Positions 28,362 to 38,620 of a stretch of 64,000 nucleotides of DNA are shown one piece after another. The DNA comes from an uncultured Chitinophagales bacterium. Its GTDB lineage: Bacteria; Bacteroidota; Bacteroidia; Chitinophagales; S012-47. Below the pieces are notes generated by a model. The model saw only the letters and a list, made by a program, of their open reading frames with translations. It was not told where the DNA came from and ran no database searches. Every line of letters starts with the position of its first letter. Position 1 is the stretch's first letter. The DNA is taken from contig CAYRDC010000002.1 in assembly GCA_964422925.1 (NCBI GenBank), positions 3,719 to 67,718 of the forward strand, written 5' to 3'. The translations under genes were made by a program, and so were the position numbers.

Positions 28362-29732
28362 GTGAAACCGGAAGACGCCCATAGCATTTACATGATTGGC
28401 ATCGGTGGCATCGGTATGAGCGCCCTGGCCCGGTGGTTCCTCCATCGGGGGTGCCGGGTGGCAGGCTACGACCGGGTGGCTTCTCCCATTACGCGCACCC
28501 TCACACAGGAAGGCGCGGAGGTGCACTATGAAGAAGACCCCGGGCTGATTCCTTTTGTGCCGGACCTGGTGGTGGTTACGCCCGCCATCCCGGAGACGCA
28601 TATCGAACGGCAATACCTGGCTTCCAGTGGCATTCCGGTGCTGAAGCGCGCGCAGGCGCTGGGATTGATCTGCCGCGGGCGCAAAACCATTGCCGTGGCA
28701 GGCACGCACGGAAAAACAACCATCACGGCCCTGACCGCCTGGCTGTTGCGTTCGGCAGGAATCGACTGCACGGCTTTCATCGGGGGGATAGCCCTGAATT
28801 TCCAAAGCAATTTTGTAGCCGGTGCAGATGAACTTTTTGTAGTGGAAGCCGATGAGTACGACCGCTCTTTCCTGGAGTTGGTTCCGGATACGGCTGTCAT
28901 TTCCGCCCTCGACCCGGACCACCTCGACATTTACGGTGACATGGACAATATGCTGTCGGGCTTCCGGGAATTTGTCAATAAGCGGAAGCCTGGCGGCCGG
29001 CTGGTGGTCCGCCAGGGGCTGGGGGCGGAAACCTGGGTTCCCGAAAGGGAAAGGATTACCTATGGGCTGGATCCGGATTCCGCGGATATGGCCGCTACCG
29101 GCCTTTCCTGTTCAGAAGGCATCCAACGGTTCACGCTGCATTGGCAGGGCAAGGAATACGAATGTGCCATGTCCCTGCCGGGAAGACACAATGTTGAGAA
29201 CGCGATGGCTGCCCTCTCGACAGCCCTGCCGTATGCCGGTGCGCTTGAAATCTTGATCAGCGCCCTGAAGGAATTCCGCGGTATAAAAAGACGGTTTGAA
29301 TATATCATCAACCGACCCGGCCTGGTGTATATCGATGATTACGCCCATCATCCGCGGGAAATCGAAGCACTGATCCGTTCGGTCCGGGAAATCTATCCCG
29401 GGCGGAAGCTTACTGTGGTCTTCCAGCCCCATCTGTACACCCGCACCCGTGACCTCGCGGACGGTTTTGCCGGGGCCTTGTCGGAAGCCGATGAAGTGAT
29501 CCTGCTGCCAATTTATCCCGCCCGCGAACTGCCTTTGCCGGGTGTGAGCTCGGCTTTGATCCTCGACAAGCTGCGGGTGGATTCCAGGGCGCTGGCCGGG
29601 AAATCCAATTTATTGGACATTATTTCCCAATGGTCGCCCGAAGTGCTTTTGACGGTGGGAGCGGGAGATATCGACCAGTTGGTCGATCCCATCCGGGAAT
29701 ATTTTAAACACTCCAATAAACCGAGCCGATAG
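28362..29732 (+). CDS. murC: UDP-N-acetylmuramate--L-alanine ligase
   Basis: 456 aa, GTG start. Motifs GIGGIGMSALA, AGTHGKTT and DDYAHHP. Confidence 0.95.
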   Translation: MKPEDAHSIYMIGIGGIGMSALARWFLHRGCRVAGYDRVASPITRTLTQEGAEVHYEEDPGLIPFVPDLVVVTPAIPETHIERQYLASSGIPVLKRAQALGLICRGRKTIAVAGTHGKTTITALTAWLLRSAGIDCTAFIGGIALNFQSNFVAGADELFVVEADEYDRSFLELVPDTAVISALDPDHLDIYGDMDNMLSGFREFVNKRKPGGRLVVRQGLGAETWVPERERITYGLDPDSADMAATGLSCSEGIQRFTLHWQGKEYECAMSLPGRHNVENAMAALSTALPYAGALEILISALKEFRGIKRRFEYIINRPGLVYIDDYAHHPREIEALIRSVREIYPGRKLTVVFQPHLYTRTRDLADGFAGALSEADEVILLPIYPARELPLPGVSSALILDKLRVDSRALAGKSNLLDIISQWSPEVLLTVGAGDIDQLVDPIREYFKHSNKPSR

Positions 29733-30494
29733 ATGAAAGGAAAAAACGCATACCGAAAGCTGATCATCCGCCTGGCCCGGGTGCTTTTCCTGGTCTCGGT
29801 GCTGGCCTTGTGGTCATTTACCGCGAGGCAAAACTATAAGTCACAGTGCCAAGAGTATATAGATGTAAAAATCGACTATAATAACAACCTGTCCTTTATA
29901 GACCGGGCGGATGTGCTGGAAATACTCAACCGGCACCTGGATGCCCCTTTGCCGGGCAGGGCGCTTTCTGATATCTCCACCGGGGATATGGAACAGTGGC
30001 TTGAAGCCAATCCCTGGATCGCGCGGGCCGGGGCCTTTTTTGATATGCATGGAAATCTGCACATAGATATTGTTCAAAAAGAACCGGTGGTGCGGGTTAT
30101 TCACAACAACGGTGTGAGTTATTATCTCGATAAATCGGGAACATTGCTTCCCTTATCGGGTAAATTTACTGCAAGGGTACCGGTGGCAACAGGCTTCCCG
30201 GGCAAAATGTTGCCGGAGCAGGAAAGGAATAGACTGCTCAGGCTTGCCCTGTATTTGCACAACCGGGAATTTCTGAGGGCCTTCACCGAGCAAATAGCCT
30301 GGACGGAGGAAGGTTATGTGCTGATTCCCAAAATCGGAGATCAATATGTGGTGATCGGTGACACAGGCAGGTTGAATGAAAAATTCCGGAATCTCAGGGC
30401 TTTTTACCGGCACGTAGCTTCCACCCAGGGGTGGAACCGATACCAGCGGATTGATTTGCGCTTTAAGGATCAGATAGTTTGTACAAAACGATAA
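29733..30494 (+). CDS. ftsQ: Cell division protein FtsQ
   Basis: 253 aa. N-terminal TM, POTRA-like region, and location between murC and ftsA. Confidence 0.8.
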   Translation: MKGKNAYRKLIIRLARVLFLVSVLALWSFTARQNYKSQCQEYIDVKIDYNNNLSFIDRADVLEILNRHLDAPLPGRALSDISTGDMEQWLEANPWIARAGAFFDMHGNLHIDIVQKEPVVRVIHNNGVSYYLDKSGTLLPLSGKFTARVPVATGFPGKMLPEQERNRLLRLALYLHNREFLRAFTEQIAWTEEGYVLIPKIGDQYVVIGDTGRLNEKFRNLRAFYRHVASTQGWNRYQRIDLRFKDQIVCTKR

Positions 30495-30500
30495 TCAGAA

Positions 30501-31778
30501 ATGGATAAGCAAAATTATTTGGTAGGACTTGACATTGGCACGACAAAGATTTCAGCGATTGTCGGCCGGATGAATGAGTATGGTAAACTGGAAATACTGG
30601 GCATGGGCCGCGCGGAGTCCCTGGGGGTGATGCGCGGACAGGTAGCCAATATTGACAAGACGGTGAACTCCATACAAAAAGCTGTTGCGGAAGCAGAGGC
30701 GCAATCCGGTATTGAAATCGAGGAAGTGTATGTCGGTATAGCCGGTCGCCATATTTCCAGCCTGCAGCACCGGGGCAGCATAATCCGTGAAAACCCGGAG
30801 GAAGAAATCAGCAAGGAGGATATCCTGAAGCTGAAAATGGACATGCAGCGTCTGGCCATGAACCCGGGGGAAAGCATCATTCATGTTTTACCCCAGGATT
30901 TTATTGTGGACAGTGAGCCGGGTATCAAGGATCCGGTGGGTATGGCGGGTTCCCGGCTGGAAGCCAATTTCCACATAATCACCGGGCAGCAGGTGCCTAT
31001 CCGCAACATCAAGAAGTCGGTGGAGAAAGCGGGATTAATCCCGAAAGCGCTGATCCTGGAGCCCCTGGCTTCTGCGGCTTCGGTGCTCAGCGATGAAGAG
31101 AAGGAGGCCGGGGTGGCCCTGGTGGATATCGGAGGCGGCACTACTGACATTGCCATTTTCGTGGATGAAATCATTCGCCATACGGCTGTCATTCCGTTTG
31201 GCGGAAATGCCATTACGGAAGACATCCGGGAAGGCTGCATGATTATGAGAAAACAGGCGGAGCGCCTGAAGATAAAATACGGCTCAGCCGTTCCGATGGA
31301 AGTTCATGAGAATCAAATTATCACTATACCGGGATTAAAAGGCAGGGAACCCAAGGAAATCTCGAGGCGCAACCTGGCCAATATCATCAAAGCCCGGATG
31401 GAGGAAATCCTGGATTTCGTCAAGAACGAAATTTACCGGTCAGGTTTTAAGGATAAGCTGTATGGAGGCATAGTACTGACCGGGGGTGGCGCCAAGTTGT
31501 CTCACTGCAAGCAACTGGTGGAATATTGTACCGGCCTGGATGCCAAAATCGGGCTTCCCATTGAGCACCTGGCCCGTACGGATGTCAAAGACATCACCCA
31601 TCCGATGTATGCCACCGGAGTGGGGCTGATCCTGAAAGGTTTTGAGCTGGAAATGGAAGAACAGCAGAAGTTATCTAAAACAAGGAAAGCCAAAAAGAAG
31701 AGAGGATATTCCTGGCTGGTGGATGTCATCCGTATCGGGGAAGATTTTTTTAATGAGAAAGACCGGGAGTTCAAATAG
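30501..31778 (+). CDS. ftsA: Cell division protein FtsA
   Basis: 425 aa. Actin-fold motifs GLDIGTTKI, VDIGGGTTDIA and LTGGGAKL. Confidence 0.95.
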   Translation: MDKQNYLVGLDIGTTKISAIVGRMNEYGKLEILGMGRAESLGVMRGQVANIDKTVNSIQKAVAEAEAQSGIEIEEVYVGIAGRHISSLQHRGSIIRENPEEEISKEDILKLKMDMQRLAMNPGESIIHVLPQDFIVDSEPGIKDPVGMAGSRLEANFHIITGQQVPIRNIKKSVEKAGLIPKALILEPLASAASVLSDEEKEAGVALVDIGGGTTDIAIFVDEIIRHTAVIPFGGNAITEDIREGCMIMRKQAERLKIKYGSAVPMEVHENQIITIPGLKGREPKEISRRNLANIIKARMEEILDFVKNEIYRSGFKDKLYGGIVLTGGGAKLSHCKQLVEYCTGLDAKIGLPIEHLARTDVKDITHPMYATGVGLILKGFELEMEEQQKLSKTRKAKKKRGYSWLVDVIRIGEDFFNEKDREFK

Positions 31779-31814
31779 GAATCAACCAATCGATAACCTT
31801 AAAAAAGAAGCGAT

Positions 31815-33296
31815 ATGCAATTTGATATGCCAAAGGAACAGTCATCCATTATCAAAGTGATTGGTGTGGGTGGCGGAGGCTCCAATGCGGTGAACCACAT
31901 GTTTAACATGGGGATCCGTGGGGTAAACTTCATAGTTTGCAACACCGATGCCCAGGCGCTGGACCTCAGTCCAGTGCCCAATAAAGTGCAATTGGGCCCG
32001 GGCCTCACGGAGGGGCGGGGCGCTGGCGCCAACCCTGAAATCGGGCGAAAGGCTACGGAAGAGTCGCTGGAAGACCTCCGGAATCTTTTGGAAGGGCATA
32101 CAAAAATGGTTTTTATTACCGCGGGTATGGGAGGCGGAACCGGTACGGGAGGCGCTCCCGTTATTGCTCGCCTGGCCCGCGAGCTGGATATTCTCACAGT
32201 GGGCATCGTAACCTTGCCTTTTCATTGGGAAGGCGCAAAAAAACAGCACCTGGCTAATGAAGGAATCGCGGAAATGCGCCAGTATGTGGATGCCATCATC
32301 ATCATTTCCAATGACAAGCTCAAGGAAATGTACGGCAATCTACGTCTTTCGGAAGCTTTTGCCAAAGTGGATGGGGTCTTGCTGACTGCGGCTAAGGGAA
32401 TTGCCGAAATCATTACCGTGCCCGGGTATGTGAATGTTGATTTTGAAGATGTCAGAACCGTAATGACCCAAAGCGGAGTAGCCATTATGGGCTCCGCAGA
32501 AGCCGAAGGAGAACACCGGGCCTTGCGGGCTGTGGAATCCGCTTTGTCTTCGCCCCTGCTGAATGACAACGATATCCGGGGCGCTAAAAATATCCTGCTG
32601 AACATTACTTCCGGCACTGAAGAAATCCTGTTGGATGAAATTGATGAGATTACCAAATACGTTCAGGAAGAAGCCGGAACCAATACCGATATTATCTGGG
32701 GCAATTGTTATGACGACTCACTGGGCAACAAAATCAGTGTGACCGTCATCGCCACCGGGTTCGACAACAGTTCAAAACCACGGAAAGAAGCCCAGAAGGT
32801 GCATATCCCGCTCGATGAAGAACATCCGGAAGAAGAACAACTGATTGAACCGGACCCCGTTCCTGAAAAACAATCTGAACCGGAACTGCGCGGACAGCAG
32901 CAAACCACACTGACTTTCGAGCTGGAACCGGAAATTTCCAATTCACCGGTTATACCGGATAATAATGAATTAACGGATAGCCAGGGCGAGGAAGAAGGAT
33001 TCAGGTTGCATACGCGTGCCCCGGACGACCGGCAACCAGGTCCGGTTATACAAAATCCTGCTGACCGGGAACAAACCTTGCGCAGGCTGTCCATGTCGCT
33101 GGACGACATCAAGTCGATCGAAGCGTTGGAAAAAGAACCGGCCTTTAAACGTAAGGATGTGGAATTACAGGATGTCGAGCCTTCCTCGGAAAACAATGTA
33201 AGCCGGTTCACCCTGTCCAGTTCGGTGGATGAGGATGGTGAGGAAGAGATCAAGTTGCGCAAGAACAACCGGTATTTACACGATAATGTAGATTAA
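31815..33296 (+). CDS. ftsZ: Cell division GTPase FtsZ
   Basis: 493 aa. Tubulin signature GMGGGTGTGGAP, motifs GVGGGGSNAV and NTDAQAL, and a long acidic linker tail. Confidence 0.97.
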   Translation: MQFDMPKEQSSIIKVIGVGGGGSNAVNHMFNMGIRGVNFIVCNTDAQALDLSPVPNKVQLGPGLTEGRGAGANPEIGRKATEESLEDLRNLLEGHTKMVFITAGMGGGTGTGGAPVIARLARELDILTVGIVTLPFHWEGAKKQHLANEGIAEMRQYVDAIIIISNDKLKEMYGNLRLSEAFAKVDGVLLTAAKGIAEIITVPGYVNVDFEDVRTVMTQSGVAIMGSAEAEGEHRALRAVESALSSPLLNDNDIRGAKNILLNITSGTEEILLDEIDEITKYVQEEAGTNTDIIWGNCYDDSLGNKISVTVIATGFDNSSKPRKEAQKVHIPLDEEHPEEEQLIEPDPVPEKQSEPELRGQQQTTLTFELEPEISNSPVIPDNNELTDSQGEEEGFRLHTRAPDDRQPGPVIQNPADREQTLRRLSMSLDDIKSIEALEKEPAFKRKDVELQDVEPSSENNVSRFTLSSSVDEDGEEEIKLRKNNRYLHDNVD

Positions 33297-33345
33297 AGGG
33301 GGGACTTTTTTAAATATCCATTTCTGATTTTTGAGGTGAACGATG

Positions 33346-33377
33346 GGGGCAGTCAGTTTTGGCTGCCCCTGTTTATT
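33346..33377 (+). terminator. Hairpin terminator candidate after ftsZ (overlaps the 3' end of the convergent MFS gene)
   Basis: Stem GGGGCAG (33346-33352) / CTGCCCC (33363-33369), followed by TGTTTATT. Confidence 0.45.
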
Positions 33378-34555
33378 GGAGCCGGGGCCATAATCAGCAG
33401 GTAAACCGCTGCAATAAGCGTAGCGCAGCCGGTTACTATGAAAGTGGCTTGTGGGTTCCAGACCATCCAAATGCTGCCGGCCATAATGCTGGCTGCCAAG
33501 ATAGCGATACTTCGGAATGCTTCATATGTGCCAATGGCCGTGGCCGTTTCCCCGGTTGGCACCAGGTTGGCAATCCAGGCTTTGGCAATACTTTCCGTGG
33601 CAGCCGAATACACGCCATAGGCGAAAAACAAAATAAAAAACCAAATCATGGTACCGGCCATAGCCATTCCAAAGTACACCGTGCTGAATAAAGCCAGTCC
33701 CATCAGCAGGGTGGGTTTCAGCCCAATCCGGTCGCCCAGTGCCCCAAGGGGATAGGAAAACAGGGCATACACAAGGTTGTAAAAAACATACACCCCGATC
33801 ATCTGCAGGTCGCCCAGGCCGGCATGTTTCACCATCAGGAGCAGGAAAATATCGGAACTATTGAAAAAGGTAAAGAACCAAAGGCCGTACAGTAATTTTT
33901 TATACCCTCGCGGAGCCTCTTTCAGGTAACGGATAAAGGCCAGTAATCCGGGCCATTTCGGAGTGGCGGGCCGGACGTTTTTGTCGCGCAATAACAATGT
34001 CAGTGTCACACCCAGGCAGCCCGGGATAAATGCCAGGTAAAAAAGCCACCGGTACTCCTGCGGATAATACGCCAGGAATGCCAGGGCCACCAAAGGCCCG
34101 ACAGCAGCTCCGAGGGTATCCATTCCCCGGTGCAATCCGAATACTTTTCCTTTATGTTCAGGCCGGCTTTCTGCGGAGAGCATAGCATCCCTGGCTCCGG
34201 TTCGCAGGCCTTTTCCGAGCCGGTCCAGGGTGCGGGCTCCCAAAACCCATAGCGGCCAGGTAAATACTGCCATCAACGGTTTCGATACCGCACTGAGCGA
34301 ATACCCCAGCCTTATAAACGGAACCCTTTGCCCGGTATGGTCTGACAAGCGCCCGAAATATCCTTTGCTCAAACCGGCCACCGCCTCGGCAAGGCCTTCC
34401 AGGATGCCAATTAAAAAAACAGTGAACCCAATGGATTGCAAGTATACCGGCATAACCGGGTACAGCATCTCGCTGGCAATATCGGTAAAAAGACTTACCA
34501 GCGATAATATCCATACCACCCTGGTGATGACCGGTCTGCCGGATTTGGCGCTCAT
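33353..34555 (-). CDS. MFS transporter, second gene of the TPP-riboswitch operon
   Basis: 400 aa with about 12 predicted TM segments and an MFS-type loop GRLSDHTGQR. The ATG is 1 nt after the TonB receptor stop. Confidence 0.85.
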   Translation of the reverse strand: MSAKSGRPVITRVVWILSLVSLFTDIASEMLYPVMPVYLQSIGFTVFLIGILEGLAEAVAGLSKGYFGRLSDHTGQRVPFIRLGYSLSAVSKPLMAVFTWPLWVLGARTLDRLGKGLRTGARDAMLSAESRPEHKGKVFGLHRGMDTLGAAVGPLVALAFLAYYPQEYRWLFYLAFIPGCLGVTLTLLLRDKNVRPATPKWPGLLAFIRYLKEAPRGYKKLLYGLWFFTFFNSSDIFLLLMVKHAGLGDLQMIGVYVFYNLVYALFSYPLGALGDRIGLKPTLLMGLALFSTVYFGMAMAGTMIWFFILFFAYGVYSAATESIAKAWIANLVPTGETATAIGTYEAFRSIAILAASIMAGSIWMVWNPQATFIVTGCATLIAAVYLLIMAPAPINRGSQN

Positions 34556-34556
34556 G

Positions 34557-36929
34557 TCAGATTTTTACCCGGAAACCGGCCAGAAAGTGCCTTCCGGCCT
34601 GCGGGTAATAATAGTTTTCGGTAACGGTTTGCCCCCCCCAAATATAGGTGAAAGTATATCCATTTGATTCATACATCGCATCCAGAATGTTAGCCACCAG
34701 TACATTGAATTCCAATTCATCCAGCCATTTGATTTTCCGGATGGTGTAGGAAAGTTGCAGGTTGTTCACCAGGTATGGCTTTATGATTTTGCTTTCATCC
34801 TGAGTGTTGTCCAGGTATTGCTTTCCCACGTATTTGGTAGTCCAGTTCATAGCCGCCCCTTTGAAAGGCTGCCATTCAAGCTGTGCGCTGCCGATCACGG
34901 AAGGGGAGAAACTAATGGTTGCCTGGTCGATATGAACTGCCTTCTGCCCGCCCTGGTCGTAATCATCGATGTAGTAGTTGAAATCGAATAATTTGTTCTG
35001 GCTGTAAGAGGCGGAACCCTCTAGGGTGAGGCTCCGGTGCAGCCTGGCCAGGAAGCTTAATTCCACTCCCTGCCGGTAGCTTTTGGCTACATTGGTCCGG
35101 ATGTATTCCCCAACATCGTTAATTTCTCCGGTCAGCACCAATTGGTTTTTATAATCCATCCGGTACAGGTTCAGGTCAAAACCCAGGGATTTGCCACGGA
35201 AACGGTAACCCATTTCGGAATCGTACATGGTTTCAGGAAGCGGTCGGGAGGAGGGGGTGGAATTCACGTATTCATCACGGGCAGGCTCATGGTTTCCCAC
35301 CGCCCAGGAAGCATATATCGTGCTTTGGTCGCTGACGCGCCAATTTATGCCGGCTTTAGGGTTCAGGAAAATCAGGGTCACTTCCTGGTTCGCTCTTTGA
35401 AGACTGTCATTAAATCCGGCAAAACGGTAATGAATTCTCCGGTATTGCATATCTCCGAAAAGGGTCCACCCGCTGCCAAGCTTCCAGTTGATTTTCAAAA
35501 AGGAATTCATGTCACGTTTCCGCCCGTAATTCAGGTAGTAGGGTTCCGGGAAACTGCTTAAATCGGAGTATTTGGCCCAGATCACCTTGCCGTAATGGGC
35601 TCCGTTATAACTGTTATAGGCTCCTCCCAGGATGACCTGAAGTTTTTTATGGCTGTCATATTGAAGGGAATAGGTAGTGCCGATAAAGTCGTTATCCAGC
35701 CATTTCTGCCGGATCAGGTCGGTTGTTGTAAAAGTGTCTTGTCCGATAATTACATTATGAAGGCTGTAGTCGGCATAGGATTGGCCGGTTTTAAATTCTT
35801 CATAATACCCGCGGCCCCAGGTATAATGCCAGGCGGCATTCAGGTTCCACCGCCTGCTTAACTGCAGGGAATAATGCGCTTGGTAATGATCCTGCCAGTA
35901 GTTGTCGGTTTGGTTCTCATAGGTGTAGTAGTTATAGGTGCGGTTAGTGGCCAGCGAATCTTCCGGTACGCCCCACCAGGCCTGGTAGGTTCTTTCCTTG
36001 CCCATCATGACAATCAGCCGGAGGATGGACCTTTTACCGTAATAGCCACCTGACAGGTAAAGGGATTGCAGGTGGGCAAAAGAGCGGTCAATATATCCGT
36101 CTGAAAGGATTTTACTGATCCTTCCGTCCAGGGTCCAGTGGCCGTCCACCAGGCCGGTACCGAAATTCGTAGAAAACCGCAGGGTATTGAATGATCCGAA
36201 ATTGGTGCTCACCCGGGCATAGGAATTTTTGTGCAGGCGATCAGTTTGCAAGTTGATACTGGCGCCAAAGGAGGCTGCTCCGTTGGTGGAAGTGCCCACT
36301 CCGCGTTGAATCTGAATGTCTTCCAATGAACTGGCAAGGTCCGGTAGGTCCACCCACCATACCCCCTGCGATTCAGGGTCATTCAGCGGAATACCGTTTA
36401 TGGTTACATTGATCCGTGTGACATCGCTTCCCCGGATGCGCATCGATGTGTAACCGATACCGGTGCCGGCATCGGAAGTGGTGACCAGGGAAGGGGTAAG
36501 TTCCAGCAGATAGGGCAGGTCCTTACCGGTATTTTGCTTTTCTATTTGCTCTCTAGAAATATCGGTGTAGGAGGTTGGCGTGTTCTTTCCCGCCTTGGTG
36601 GCCGTCACCAGGATTTCATCCTGCATGACCACGTCCGGTTCCATGCTTACCACTATGTTTACGTCCTTGCTTAAAACCACCTCTTTTTGCAAGGTCTTGA
36701 AACCGATGTAACTGATTGTCAGATGGTAAGTGCCTTCCGGTAAATTCCTGATGACAAAAGTTCCGTAATTGTCGGTAGCTGTTACCATCAGGTTTTCCTT
36801 TACCTGGATATTGGCGCCCGGCAGCGGGTCCTGGGTTTGTTTGTCAACAATCTTTCCGGTCAGATCGTATTGGCCAAAGGAAGAAAAAGCCAGGAAAAAA
36901 AGGATCAAAAAGGGCACAGTTCTTTTCAT
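34557..36929 (-). CDS. TonB-dependent receptor (CarboxypepD_reg N-domain plus plug plus barrel)
   Basis: 790 aa. Signal peptide, GKIVDKQTQDPLPGANIQV (carboxypeptidase-regulatory-like), plug motifs (RIRGS, INGIPLND), and a C-terminal aromatic residue (GFRVKI). Preceded by a TPP riboswitch. Confidence 0.92.
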   Translation of the reverse strand: MKRTVPFLILFFLAFSSFGQYDLTGKIVDKQTQDPLPGANIQVKENLMVTATDNYGTFVIRNLPEGTYHLTISYIGFKTLQKEVVLSKDVNIVVSMEPDVVMQDEILVTATKAGKNTPTSYTDISREQIEKQNTGKDLPYLLELTPSLVTTSDAGTGIGYTSMRIRGSDVTRINVTINGIPLNDPESQGVWWVDLPDLASSLEDIQIQRGVGTSTNGAASFGASINLQTDRLHKNSYARVSTNFGSFNTLRFSTNFGTGLVDGHWTLDGRISKILSDGYIDRSFAHLQSLYLSGGYYGKRSILRLIVMMGKERTYQAWWGVPEDSLATNRTYNYYTYENQTDNYWQDHYQAHYSLQLSRRWNLNAAWHYTWGRGYYEEFKTGQSYADYSLHNVIIGQDTFTTTDLIRQKWLDNDFIGTTYSLQYDSHKKLQVILGGAYNSYNGAHYGKVIWAKYSDLSSFPEPYYLNYGRKRDMNSFLKINWKLGSGWTLFGDMQYRRIHYRFAGFNDSLQRANQEVTLIFLNPKAGINWRVSDQSTIYASWAVGNHEPARDEYVNSTPSSRPLPETMYDSEMGYRFRGKSLGFDLNLYRMDYKNQLVLTGEINDVGEYIRTNVAKSYRQGVELSFLARLHRSLTLEGSASYSQNKLFDFNYYIDDYDQGGQKAVHIDQATISFSPSVIGSAQLEWQPFKGAAMNWTTKYVGKQYLDNTQDESKIIKPYLVNNLQLSYTIRKIKWLDELEFNVLVANILDAMYESNGYTFTYIWGGQTVTENYYYPQAGRHFLAGFRVKI

Positions 36930-36980
36930 AACGGTCAGTTTTTTCAGGGCTCCGACAACGAATTGACTGTAGCTTGTTTT

Positions 36981-37075
36981 CCACCTCCCTGCGCCAGTAT
37001 TATCTGGATCAGGTGTTTGCCATTTCTGGCAAAGGGTATGATCTCAGCCCGTTGTGTTAAGGCACCCCTGTGTTT
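36981..37075 (-). promoter_or_regulatory. TPP (thiamine pyrophosphate) riboswitch aptamer
   Basis: The minus-strand RNA reads ACAGGGGUGCCUUAACACAACGGGCUGAGAUCAUACCCUUUGCCAGAAAUGGCAAACACCUGAUCCAGAUAAUACUGGCGCAGGGAGGUGG. It carries the conserved GGGGUGC, CUGAGA, ACCC and ACCUGAUC.GGAUAAU.CCAGCG.AGGGA blocks. A variable P3 hairpin UUUGCCA-GAAA-UGGCAAA is also present. Confidence 0.9.
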
Positions 37076-37139
37076 GAAGATAGGGCAAATATATGAATTC
37101 GCTATGAAACAGGAAAGAGGCAGGTATATTGCTTCCCGG

Positions 37140-37742
37140 TCAGGAACCCTGAACCCGCAGCATGGAACGCCTCCAGCTGATGAACCCGTAGGCAGCCAGA
37201 ATTACGTAAAATCCGAATAACACGCTGCTAAAGTAAAAGCCCTTGTAGGCAAACAACCAGACATAGACTACATCCACCACTATCCAGAATATCCAGTTAT
37301 CGAGTTTTTTACGGGTTTGCAGCCACACCGCGGCAATGCTCATAGCGTTGGTCCACGCATCCCAGTAAGGCACGTCCGTGTTGGTATAGGTTCCGAGCAG
37401 CCGGCCCAACCCAATGGTCGCCAGGAAAACCAAAACAATTAGGAAAGCATTGTGCAGCCAGGAGGCTTTGGTGACATCCAGGGGCTTGTCCCCGCGTCCC
37501 CCATGCAGCCAGTTGTACCAGCCGTACAGGCTCAGGAAGAAATATACCACCTGCAGGCCCATTTCCCCATAAAGAAGCGCCTGGTAATCGATAATGAAAA
37601 AAAGCATCACATTGGCTATGCCCACCGGCCAGCACCAGGCTTTTTCACGGGTGGCAGCAATTACGTACACTACCCCTGTGATCAGGGCGCCTATATCGAG
37701 CCAGTTTAACTCCTGGATGGAATGAATTATCTCCTGCCACAT
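37140..37742 (-). CDS. pnuC: PnuC-family (nicotinamide riboside / vitamin) transporter
   Basis: 200 aa, 7 TM-like segments. PnuC-type motifs include WPVGIANVMLFFI, LYGEMGLQVVYFFLSLYGWYNW and W..W..D..Y. Confidence 0.85.
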   Translation of the reverse strand: MWQEIIHSIQELNWLDIGALITGVVYVIAATREKAWCWPVGIANVMLFFIIDYQALLYGEMGLQVVYFFLSLYGWYNWLHGGRGDKPLDVTKASWLHNAFLIVLVFLATIGLGRLLGTYTNTDVPYWDAWTNAMSIAAVWLQTRKKLDNWIFWIVVDVVYVWLFAYKGFYFSSVLFGFYVILAAYGFISWRRSMLRVQGS

Positions 37743-37809
37743 CGGCCAATGCTGAAAATTTTACGGATCAATGATCGGGATAATCCGGGAACAATATCTC
37801 TTGCCGGTT

Positions 37810-38559
37810 TTATTTATTCCGTTTCCGCAGTATTCTGCGAACCACAGGCGAAGATGTGAAAAAGAGCAGAAACCCGGACAATACGGTAACCAGGCCCAGG
37901 ATGGAAAACGCGCGCAGCAGGGTATTGCCGAATTTATCCCGGCTTTGGTAATCCATGGTATGGAGCATCCACAGAAAATCAAAAACGCGCCAGCCGCGAT
38001 GCCGTATGTTGACAAAAGTGCCCCGTTCGGCAGCAACATAAAAGGTAGGCCATCCTTTATGGTCAAAAGTGACCGCCCAGGCCGGGAGCGGTTTTCCCCG
38101 GTATTCGTGACGGGGTCTCACGGATTCCAGATATTCCACTTTCTTTACCGGCATGGGTTCTGTCAATAAGCTGTTAGCCATCTGAATAGCTTCTTCCCGG
38201 CTTAAGGGTGGCCGGGGCCGGCCGTTATTGACATAAGCCAGTCGGCAGGTGAGGGCACCATCATGGTAGTAGCAGATCTGGTAACAGGCCGTACCCAGTA
38301 CAGGCACTATTTGAATGGATTCCAACGAGTCAATCATTTTGGTTTGACGGATTTGCGCCAGGGCGACATCCGGGGAAACCATGGAATCCGGGAGATGGAT
38401 TCGTGGAAGGCTTTTCCGGAAATGGTCACCATGTATCCGGTCGATATTGCTCCAGCTGAAATACAGTCCGCCCAGGGTCCACAGCAGTAGCTGTATCCCG
38501 ATGAAAATACCCAGGTACCGGTGGGTTTTCCTGATCCAGTATCGGTAACCTTTTGCCAA
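37810..38559 (-). CDS. PepSY-associated TM helix domain protein
   Basis: 249 aa, TTG start. Sequence IRKTHRYLGIFIGIQLLLWTLGGLYFSW is typical of the PepSY_TM family. A C-terminal TM is present. Confidence 0.75.
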   Translation of the reverse strand: MAKGYRYWIRKTHRYLGIFIGIQLLLWTLGGLYFSWSNIDRIHGDHFRKSLPRIHLPDSMVSPDVALAQIRQTKMIDSLESIQIVPVLGTACYQICYYHDGALTCRLAYVNNGRPRPPLSREEAIQMANSLLTEPMPVKKVEYLESVRPRHEYRGKPLPAWAVTFDHKGWPTFYVAAERGTFVNIRHRGWRVFDFLWMLHTMDYQSRDKFGNTLLRAFSILGLVTVLSGFLLFFTSSPVVRRILRKRNK

Positions 38560-38620
38560 TCAGTCAGGTGGTTTTATGCCGTGCGATTTCCGGGTTGGTT
38601 TGCAATGGCTGAACCGGGGT

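Noticed and set aside
37743-37809. A second TPP riboswitch upstream of pnuC
   Set aside because: The spacer is only 67 nt and lacks the GGGGUGC, CUGAGA and ACCUGAUC blocks.
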